Of a DNA stretch of 64,000 nt, positions 39,519 to 47,554 are shown piece after piece; the first letter of the stretch is position 1, and every line of letters begins with the position of its first letter. Origin of the DNA: a bacterium UBP8_UBA817. GTDB taxonomy: Bacteria > Margulisbacteria > Marinamargulisbacteria > SXXA01 > SICP01. The notes under the pieces are model-generated. The model was not told where the DNA came from and made no database searches. It worked only from the letters and a program-made list of their open reading frames with translations. The stretch covers positions 2,509 through 66,508 of the forward strand of contig CAMCZW010000006.1 of assembly GCA_945888435.1 (NCBI GenBank), written 5' to 3'. Both the position numbers and the translations under genes were made by a program.

Positions 39519-40445
39519 ATGGAACCCATGCAGGCAAAAAAAATAAAAACTCGTCAATTTTTTAATCTGGCAACCATACTTTTGGCAACCTATGTCATCC
39601 TATTATTCATATCAAGCACCCCCTTCGCTCAAGTAAGTAAGCTCAACAAAACCGAATTCGTCTTCGGCAACGGCTCCGGCTGGGAATCCGTCGGCACCAA
39701 CGCAACTCCATCGATGCGCGCAAAACTTCCTGTGATGTTAAGAAGTGGCAGAACTATAGAGAGCATTTTAAATGATTCAAGCGCAAGTTTTTATCAACAA
39801 TTCACAACCCCAACCCTTATGATCAATGCCATCAAAGATAGAATGTTAGGAATGATCGCTTCATTTGCCTACGTTCCAAATGCAAACACCGGCTGGCTAG
39901 TATGCGATGGATCAGAATACAGCACCGCCCAATACCAACAACTAGCAAACTTATTACGTGCCACATACAGCACAGCTGGAACAGGGCACCTCAATTCAGA
40001 TGGGGATTGGGCAGGAAGATTTAAAGTTCCAGATTTGAGAGGGTTATTTATTATGGGAAGTACCTCTACGACCAATGTAACAACAATCAATATTGTCAGT
40101 ACCATACCCCTACATACACATTTCTTCACAGCCGCTGGTAGTAAACAAATCAACACGCCAGCCGCATCAAGTGCAGCACATACTCACACCATCAAATCAC
40201 TATTAGAATCCTCAATGAATACAGATTTCGCTACGGATTCAGGATCAGGACTTCGTCGTGGGTCAAGCAGTGATGCCATACCAGATACCGTCTTCTCCAC
40301 AGTAAATAACCATAGCCATACATTTCCAGCATTAACCATGAGATATGGAGTTTCAACTCAATCATTAACACCAGCAAGACTAATAACTGAAAATCGACCC
40401 CCAAATGCAGCGGTTATTTTTTGTATTTATTCAGGGGTCCCATAA
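39519..40445 (+). CDS. secreted phage-tail-collar-domain protein, paralogue 1
   Basis: Signal/TM segment LATILLATYVILLFISSTPFAQV. Collar motif GMIASFAY..GWLVCDGSEYS..YQQLANLL..GRFKVPDLRGLF. Three HxH sites (LHTHFF, AHTHTI, NHSHTF). Confidence 0.8.
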   Translation: MEPMQAKKIKTRQFFNLATILLATYVILLFISSTPFAQVSKLNKTEFVFGNGSGWESVGTNATPSMRAKLPVMLRSGRTIESILNDSSASFYQQFTTPTLMINAIKDRMLGMIASFAYVPNANTGWLVCDGSEYSTAQYQQLANLLRATYSTAGTGHLNSDGDWAGRFKVPDLRGLFIMGSTSTTNVTTINIVSTIPLHTHFFTAAGSKQINTPAASSAAHTHTIKSLLESSMNTDFATDSGSGLRRGSSSDAIPDTVFSTVNNHSHTFPALTMRYGVSTQSLTPARLITENRPPNAAVIFCIYSGVP

Positions 40446-40447
40446 CA

Positions 40448-41449
40448 ATGAAAATCAAATTATTCGCAGTTATTTTTATCCTGTTAAGCATAAAAAATCC
40501 AATATGGTCAGCACGGTCAGGATTTTCAGCAAATCAAATTATATTTCAAGATGGATCCGGCTGGAAAGAAGCAACAAGTAATGTCTGTGGAACATCGGTT
40601 CAAGTGTTACAAGCGGTAGGAACAACGATACTCTCAAATGGAGTCGTATTAGATACTACCATCGGAACAGTCAGAAATTTTATAGATACATCTGTAATTG
40701 GGATGATTGTACCTTTCGCAAGCACACAAGTTCCACCTGGCTGGCTTCCTTGCGCAGGGCAAATCATTACTGTCACTTCAGTCTCTAATTGCGATTATCA
40801 GCAACTCGCGGACAAAATCCAGACAACTTGGGGCCCCGCAGCCAGTCCAGGGAGCATGGTCGGTGGAAAATTCGTAGGCCGCTTTCAATTACCAGATCTG
40901 AGAGGCCAATTTCTAAGAGGCGCATTAACCATTGATAATGCAGGAACTACCACCGTCGCAAGTCGAGAATCGGTTCTTCTTAATCCTGCAGATTACCCAC
41001 GTTACCGCGACCCAGACTTTGGAAGCCAAATCACATATAGTGGTCTAAATAACGGTACACTTGGAAGTTATCAGCCTTCTGGATTTACAAGCCACTCAAC
41101 TGAACATAACTTCACAATCGATGCAAGTTCAACAAGCGCTGTAGGCGAATCCCACAGCCACGCATCCGGCCAAATTACCCGCGCTGATGGTTATCACTTT
41201 TACTATCCTGAGGCCGTATCGGGAGTAGAGGGGTATGATGATGTGGATAATCATGACACGCTTTTTACTGATGATGACGGCTCTGATGATAATTATCATG
41301 GAACTTCCCCCGCGCTATCCGGTAACACTGGCTCTGGTACCGAAACCCATTCTCATACTTTTGCACCTACTATTTCTCAAGCAGAAAGCATAAGTAACCC
41401 ACATTCATACCCGCAAAATGCAGCATTCACATTTGGAATAAGGTATTAA
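40448..41449 (+). CDS. secreted phage-tail-collar-domain protein, paralogue 2
   Basis: The start is at ATG 40448 (MKIKLFAVIFILLS.. signal peptide). GMIVPFAS..GWLPCAGQ..YQQLADKI..GRFQLPDLRGQFLRG. His sites HSTEHNF, SHSHAS and THSHTF, plus an Asp-rich stretch. Confidence 0.8.
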   Translation: MKIKLFAVIFILLSIKNPIWSARSGFSANQIIFQDGSGWKEATSNVCGTSVQVLQAVGTTILSNGVVLDTTIGTVRNFIDTSVIGMIVPFASTQVPPGWLPCAGQIITVTSVSNCDYQQLADKIQTTWGPAASPGSMVGGKFVGRFQLPDLRGQFLRGALTIDNAGTTTVASRESVLLNPADYPRYRDPDFGSQITYSGLNNGTLGSYQPSGFTSHSTEHNFTIDASSTSAVGESHSHASGQITRADGYHFYYPEAVSGVEGYDDVDNHDTLFTDDDGSDDNYHGTSPALSGNTGSGTETHSHTFAPTISQAESISNPHSYPQNAAFTFGIRY

Positions 41450-41450
41450 G

Positions 41451-42347
41451 ATGAAAAAAATAAAACCCTTCTCATTATTAATCTGCATACTAGTTAGCCT
41501 ACTCCTATTTCCATACCAGCTAGTATCTGAATCCTATTTCAAACAAGATAGACTTCAATTTAAAGGAGGAAATGCATGGATCCCAACAACAAATGGCTCA
41601 ACAGAAGCAATTCTATTCTCAGGAACCGCCCTCACCCTTAGCAATGGAACATTCATCGACTCCGCTGACAAAAACATACTTCACTATGTTGCACCTTTAG
41701 TTGGCTCCATTATGGCATTTTCAATGTCAGGCACCTCAAATATCCCAGACTCCTGGTTAGTATGCGATGGAAGTGAAGTCAGAAAAACAGACTATCCTAT
41801 TTTATACAATACCATTGGAGACCTGTGGGGGACATCATCGGACCCTTCCAGATTTAAACTACCAGATTTAAGAAACTTCTTTCTTAGAGGAGCAGATAAT
41901 TTTGGAACTGGAGGTGGTGCAACTGGCGCCGCAACTAGAGATACCCGACCAAGATATACGACAATCGCATTTTCAGCTGTCAATTCCAGCACAATTAAAA
42001 CTGGATCTTATCAGCCAAATGAAATTTCCACACATACTCATGCGTTATCCATCACAGAAACTAGCAATACAGAAAGCAATGAACACACACATTCAATGAC
42101 TAATTTACATACCAACGACTTTAGAAATGGCGATGGCGCAGATGGCAATAATATTACCCTCTATGGCAATGATTCAAACTCATCAACAATAGTCGGGGCT
42201 ACGGTCTCAGGGGTAGCAGTCGGAACTCATACTCACACATATACATTCCCTAATACGCAAAGTGGCTTCGCGGGGGCAAATTTAACTGTGCACGGCGTCC
42301 CCAAAAGAATCCATCTCATGTACTGCATAAAATATGAACCTATTTAA
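41451..42347 (+). CDS. secreted phage-tail-collar-domain protein, paralogue 3
   Basis: Signal peptide MKKIKPFSLLICILVSLLLF. GSIMAFSM..SWLVCDGSEV..YPILYNTIG..SRFKLPDLRNFFLRG. THTHAL, EHTHSM and THTHTY. Confidence 0.8.
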   Translation: MKKIKPFSLLICILVSLLLFPYQLVSESYFKQDRLQFKGGNAWIPTTNGSTEAILFSGTALTLSNGTFIDSADKNILHYVAPLVGSIMAFSMSGTSNIPDSWLVCDGSEVRKTDYPILYNTIGDLWGTSSDPSRFKLPDLRNFFLRGADNFGTGGGATGAATRDTRPRYTTIAFSAVNSSTIKTGSYQPNEISTHTHALSITETSNTESNEHTHSMTNLHTNDFRNGDGADGNNITLYGNDSNSSTIVGATVSGVAVGTHTHTYTFPNTQSGFAGANLTVHGVPKRIHLMYCIKYEPI

Positions 42348-43668
42348 TAACAGTCGATCTAACGGCTTACCGTTATATTTATTCAGAATTGTCTTCGGAG
42401 TATTTTTACTTTTATCGTCCTTAAGCATCATAAAAAAAATAACACTAAGACATATTATGCATACCGCAGAAATATATATCCCCTACTTTAACTTTATTCC
42501 ATTACCATCATACACAGCATCACTAATACTAGTGTGTACATTATCACTACTATCCATCTTTTTTATGATTGGATACAGATTCAAGCTAGCAAGCGGGCTA
42601 ATATTCCTCATAAGCCTTTATTTCTTTTCTCTCCATATGGAAAGGTTTAATAACCATTATTACCTTGTCTTATTAATCCTTTTGCTCTTTACAGTCTCCG
42701 ATGCAGGGAAAGGACTTTCTTTAACAAAAGAGAAAGCCCCAGAATCGATACCAAGCTGGCAATTAAACCTGCTTCGCTTTCAGTGTGCCATCCCCTATTT
42801 TTTTAGTGGCATTCAAAAATTACTAGATAATGATTGGAGAAGTGGCGCATTAATGCAACATAGACTAAGAAATCTAACTCCTCATAGTTTATTCAGTCAG
42901 ATAGACTCCTATACCATTGGTTCAATAGTAGCAAAATTAGCAATTACATTTGATATTGCCATTGGATTTTTACTTATAAACAAAAAAACCAGGCGATGGG
43001 CTGCGATTCCATTCCTTGGCTTTCACTTAATCAATCATTTTATAATATTTGGTAAAATTGCAGGAAGAGATTCTGTAGGTGTTTTCCCACATATTGCCAT
43101 CGCAAGCCTGATTATCTTTTTTGACGGAGATGAAATTTCAAAAGGACTATCAATCCTAAAAGAGAAGTTTAATCAGTTTCAATTAAAGCTAAGTAACCAG
43201 GTCTTAACTCTTCAAAAATCAATTTTTCGCCCCTATATTGTATCGATAATACTTTCAATCATTATATTATTTCCAATATACAGATATGCAAATTACACGC
43301 AGACATATTGGAAAGATTTAAGAATTGGGACATGGAATAGCCATGCTCTTAAAAAAACTGGATTTCTAGATATTTACTACCAACATAATCAAACAGGGGA
43401 ATGGATTTTATATATCCCTCGTACTAATTTATTTATACCCCATTATAAAGCATTAGAATCGCCAGAAGGTCATTATCAATTAGCTCAAAATCTTAAATCT
43501 CAAATGGAATCAACAGGATTATTTGTCCCCTATGTTGGATTTATTTCCGAAATTGTAATCAATGGAAGTAAAGTGAAAAAATTTCAAGGAATTCTTCCTT
43601 GGGAAGAATTAACAGAGCAATTATTTGAAACTGAGTTCACAAAATCCATTCCAGAAACAAAGCAATAA
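42334..43668 (+). CDS. vitamin K-dependent gamma-carboxylase-like (HTTM) polytopic membrane protein 1
   Basis: 444 aa with [58 protein letters not shown] and [10 protein letters not shown], plus a C-terminal soluble domain. The ATG overlaps the upstream stop codon by 14 nt. Confidence 0.75.
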   Translation: [444 protein letters not shown]

Positions 43669-43670
43669 TC

Positions 43671-45008
43671 ATGAACAATCAAAAAAATACTTCAACTAGT
43701 ATCGAAAATTTAATATTAACACCCGTGATTAACCATTCCTTGATTTTATTTAAAATTATGATTGGGGTATTAATCTCATTTCTTGCAATCAGAAATATTT
43801 ACTTTGATTTTATCCATACCGCTTATATCAACAATACGTTCTACTGGCCAATATGGCCTCAAATGGCGCAACACATCCCAAGATCAATGTTTACCTATCT
43901 CAATCTCGGAACTCTTCTCTTCGGCATTCAAATCGCAAGACAAAAATGGGGAGCCTGGAGCTATTTTGGATATCTAATATGCTATTTACCCCTATTTACA
44001 TTTAATTACACGTATTATGAAGATTACCAATTACTACTCATCACTATTTGCGTATTACTAAGCTTAACAAGTCATCAAAAAGCAATAAAATCTGCACAAA
44101 TACAAAGCTGGGAAATTTTAATATTTAAGTTATTATTTTCCAGTATTTTACTATGGAGAGTAATCGCATATCTTAATATAGCCTGGCTCTCAGGTACCAC
44201 CCTTAAAACAGTTCTAGCTCCTACTGTATTAAAAAATCTGCTATTCAGTCCTTCAAATTGGATAATAATAGCGATAAGTATTAGTCTACCGATATTTGAA
44301 TGTTGCCTAGCACTAATCCCATGGAAATTCCCCAAATTAATCCCCGGATTATGGATCGGTCTTTTACTTTATTTCTATACCAATATTTTTTTCGACAGTG
44401 AATTTCAGTATAGTCAAATGCCTCTATTATTATTTGCGTTAAGCACCCTATTTTTACCAGCGGATTACCCTAAAAACTTCATCAAAAAAATAACTCAGCT
44501 ATTAGATAAGATTATCCAGGCTGGAAAGTCGATAAGCACTCCATCTCAAAATTCCACTCAACAGATATCACCTACAGTAAAAACCTTAATCGCAGTCTAT
44601 GTAATTATCCAGTTAATAATTCCATTGAATGTATACACGATATTACCAAATCATAAATGGGTAATAACCTATCCCACCTTCTCTTGGTCAATGAAAAAAC
44701 AAAGGACCGTTCAATATGGCTATCTCACACTAGTCAACCCAACTACAAAAGAAACATCACAGATAAAACCGCCTGATGGTGTATTAGATACTCCGCTAAC
44801 ACTATTAATATATGCCCATCAATTAAGAGATTCTTACAAAAGCCAATATGGAGTAACACCCGAAATCTACGCTCATTTAAGAAAATCAATTAATAATCGT
44901 CCTATAACACCCTACACAAATCCAGAAATTGATTTATCCAAAGTTAATTATCAATTTGGAAAATCCCCATCATGGATACTCCCTCAACCTGAAAACTACT
45001 TCAAGTAG
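43671..45008 (+). CDS. vitamin K-dependent gamma-carboxylase-like (HTTM) membrane protein 2, divergent
   Basis: 445 aa with the same architecture. C-terminal TFSWSMKKQ and GVTPEIYAHLRKSINNRPITPYTNPEIDL resemble the GGCX lumenal domain. The NNH and GxxK..DW segments are degenerate. Confidence 0.65.
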   Translation: MNNQKNTSTSIENLILTPVINHSLILFKIMIGVLISFLAIRNIYFDFIHTAYINNTFYWPIWPQMAQHIPRSMFTYLNLGTLLFGIQIARQKWGAWSYFGYLICYLPLFTFNYTYYEDYQLLLITICVLLSLTSHQKAIKSAQIQSWEILIFKLLFSSILLWRVIAYLNIAWLSGTTLKTVLAPTVLKNLLFSPSNWIIIAISISLPIFECCLALIPWKFPKLIPGLWIGLLLYFYTNIFFDSEFQYSQMPLLLFALSTLFLPADYPKNFIKKITQLLDKIIQAGKSISTPSQNSTQQISPTVKTLIAVYVIIQLIIPLNVYTILPNHKWVITYPTFSWSMKKQRTVQYGYLTLVNPTTKETSQIKPPDGVLDTPLTLLIYAHQLRDSYKSQYGVTPEIYAHLRKSINNRPITPYTNPEIDLSKVNYQFGKSPSWILPQPENYFK

Positions 45009-45090
45009 TTGCAAAGTAACCAAAAAAAAGTTACGATCGCTACATCACCTACTATTAGGGGCCTATCAAAGGGAATAAAGGGGGACTAAT

Positions 45091-47415
45091 ATGCCAGTAT
45101 ACGGAATAGCAACAGCCGAACCAAAAATTCAACCAACAAAAGTGATGGTGGTTAATCAGGGATCAAATCCTGGTTCTATTGCTTCATCAATAAGCAATTT
45201 AGTAACAACATCAGGGCTAACACTTGCATCCTGGCTAGGATGGGTAAATCCAACTCCAGCACCTATAACCACTCACCCAGTAATACAATCCAAAAGTAAA
45301 ATCGTGACAGAAAACCCGGTACCAGCAAAAGAGAACCCTCATAGATCCAGAAGAGTAACTGAAAGTATCACAATAACAGAGGAATCAAGAGCCCTTGTTA
45401 ACACCCCAGGCCTAGGGAATTTTAATGAAAACAGCTTTGGTAGTCTTGACCACCGTTTTGCGATATCTATCTGGGGGCGAACATTAGATGCTAACGGAAC
45501 ACGAATACCAACAGAGCTATGGCTAAGTTTTTTAACGCTATCCAGTTCAGGCGACTACCGTACTCAAAATCATGAAATTATGATCAGCAGAGCAAGTGAA
45601 AGTCAACAAATTATAAAGAATGGAGGTTTTGGTATACTGTTTCTAAATTCAAAAGCAATAGTGCGCTGGGAAACACTCACAACTGGAGCAGATTCCAACC
45701 TCGCAAGCGCCTATACTCGGCATGCTAAAGTAGTAGATTTAGCCACAGGTGGACTTAGTGAATTAGAAATACCCAATATGATCCCACTTTCATTAAGCTC
45801 AACTACAGGTATTATGCTGGCATTACAGGGCAGCAATGGTCTCAATGCGACCTTAGTGACAGAAAATCCAGATGGGAGCATTACACAAACTCCGACACTC
45901 ATCCCTGGAATTACAACCGATTCAATCCGTTTCGGGGCGGTTAATTTACAAGGTCTAAAAAATAATAGCACTTCATTTTTTTTATCCACACTCACACAAT
46001 GTGCCATGTGCAGTATTCAGCCAGATAACACCATCACTTCAGAGATGCTACCTCTTGATCCCTCCTTATTTAGCAGTATCCCAGGGGCATCAACAACTAC
46101 TTTTGCTCCCGGTGTGATTTCATATTCTGCAAGACAAACACCTCCTGTTTCAATTAGATCACAAGCATTAGGCCAATTCACATTAATTTGCAATCTCAAA
46201 ACAGGGGCGTCTCAATTATATGACGGAATTACGCTTGGACCCGTATTTACACTACCGCCAGGCTCCTTACATAATCAAAATATTATTGAAGTCCCCAAAA
46301 TGGTTAGCCCCCCCCAATCCAATCATTTTTTGATGTATAACACAGTTGATAGAACCAGTATAAATATTGCACATCTATCATTAAATTCAACCCAAAAAAC
46401 AATTGAAGTCGAGTCTACATTTACAATTTCACAAAGCCATCCTGAGACAAGTGAAGCATTAAATCTATCCCCATTAGTCATAAAAGACCCAAATGGAGAC
46501 GCCGAAGTAATATCATTTTCTTGTGCACAAACTAATCCGCAAAGTTGTCAGGTAGATGCTTACAGATTAAATCCTCTCACCCATGATGCATCGCTACTAG
46601 GACATCTCGAACTTCCTGATGTTGAAAGTCGTACAAGCCGGGCGATGATAGCCATGAATAATAATAAAATCCAAATGATCTTCCCAAATGGGGCATCAAG
46701 CAATCCACTGGAAACGCGAGTATTTCTCCTACAGTATGTCGAGCGAGCGACCTCAACAAGTACTCAAAGACCATCAACCGCCACAACAACACCAAGAACC
46801 GCATCTAGTTCTAGTTCTAGTTCTAGTTCTAGTTCTAGTTCTACCCGTCAACCCACTAGCGCCACTCAAAATCAAGGTGTCGACGCAGTAGAGTCATCAT
46901 CAAGCAAAGGTGACGCAATCCTAAACACCACAAGTATTGCCGGTATTATTGTAGCGGGAGTAATTGTTGTAGCGGGAGTAATTATCGCAGTTGTCATATG
47001 TAACAGAGGCGACAAAAAAACACACCCAACAATGCTAGTCGTTACTCAAGCGGCTTTCGACCAGATGTTAGGTGATGGAAGCGTAGTCAATCCAAAAGAT
47101 CTAAAAATATTACGCGCCTCAGCATCCTTAAATGGACTCCCTACATCAAAAATACATCAACAAAGAACTGCAGTAGATGAAGAAGATCCCGATGCAACTT
47201 ATCAAGATATATCAAACGTTGGTCCAGGGGTTAGGATGGCGAGCCACCCTAGTTTTCCACACTACGAGGAACCAGTACCATTTGGCGGCCACGGCTACTT
47301 ACAAGTAAGCGCAGAAGGTCAAGGTCAAGGCCCAGTGTCAAATCCTACATACGACACGGCTTGCGAAAGCTACTACGACCCAGCAACGCTAAAAGGCTTA
47401 GACGTAACCAAATAG
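45091..47415 (+). CDS. large anchored surface protein A (conserved leader, unknown ectodomain, Ser/Thr/Pro stalk, TM helix, Tyr-rich tail)
   Basis: 774 aa with GGGGGA upstream. Leader LTLASWLGWVNPTPAPITTHPV..ENPHRSRR, stalk TSTSTQRPSTATTTPRTAS(13)TR, TM IAGIIVAGVIVVAGVIIAVVIC followed by NRGDKK. Paralogue of 47555-49576. Confidence 0.8.
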   Translation: MPVYGIATAEPKIQPTKVMVVNQGSNPGSIASSISNLVTTSGLTLASWLGWVNPTPAPITTHPVIQSKSKIVTENPVPAKENPHRSRRVTESITITEESRALVNTPGLGNFNENSFGSLDHRFAISIWGRTLDANGTRIPTELWLSFLTLSSSGDYRTQNHEIMISRASESQQIIKNGGFGILFLNSKAIVRWETLTTGADSNLASAYTRHAKVVDLATGGLSELEIPNMIPLSLSSTTGIMLALQGSNGLNATLVTENPDGSITQTPTLIPGITTDSIRFGAVNLQGLKNNSTSFFLSTLTQCAMCSIQPDNTITSEMLPLDPSLFSSIPGASTTTFAPGVISYSARQTPPVSIRSQALGQFTLICNLKTGASQLYDGITLGPVFTLPPGSLHNQNIIEVPKMVSPPQSNHFLMYNTVDRTSINIAHLSLNSTQKTIEVESTFTISQSHPETSEALNLSPLVIKDPNGDAEVISFSCAQTNPQSCQVDAYRLNPLTHDASLLGHLELPDVESRTSRAMIAMNNNKIQMIFPNGASSNPLETRVFLLQYVERATSTSTQRPSTATTTPRTASSSSSSSSSSSSSTRQPTSATQNQGVDAVESSSSKGDAILNTTSIAGIIVAGVIVVAGVIIAVVICNRGDKKTHPTMLVVTQAAFDQMLGDGSVVNPKDLKILRASASLNGLPTSKIHQQRTAVDEEDPDATYQDISNVGPGVRMASHPSFPHYEEPVPFGGHGYLQVSAEGQGQGPVSNPTYDTACESYYDPATLKGLDVTK
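46804..46842 (+). repeat. hexanucleotide microsatellite (TCTAGT) x 6.5 encoding poly-Ser
   Basis: tctagt is repeated six times, followed by tct. It is in frame inside surface protein A. Confidence 0.95.
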
Positions 47416-47554
47416 GCTAAACCCTAGCCGCCTAAATCCGAGGGGACTGTTACCTTAACATTCCCCTCAACAATAAAAATAGTTACGAAATGATTGACGA
47501 TTCACAAAAAAATAATTACTCTTCTGGAAGATATCGTAGCCAAGAAGGGAAAAA

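Noticed and set aside
39568-39587. Sigma-54 promoter-like TGGCA...TTGGCA just inside the first collar gene, attractive because rpoN is adjacent.
   Set aside because: The GG-to-GC spacing is about 15 nt rather than the required 12. It also lies downstream of the start codon.
39519-42347. Prophage remnant as an explanation for the tail-collar genes.
   Set aside because: No capsid, terminase, portal, baseplate, integrase or lysis gene lies nearby. All three proteins have Sec-type signal peptides, which phage structural proteins lack.
45016-45034. GTAAC-A8-GTTAC hairpin between HTTM gene 2 and surface gene A as a terminator or poly-A phase switch.
   Set aside because: The 5-bp AT-rich stem is too weak and no T-tract follows. 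It lies outside any coding or obvious promoter element.
46688-46891. Alternative-frame ORF giving a (VL)n peptide across the microsatellite.
   Set aside because: It is an artefact of reading the TCTAGT repeat out of frame inside a well-supported 774-aa gene.
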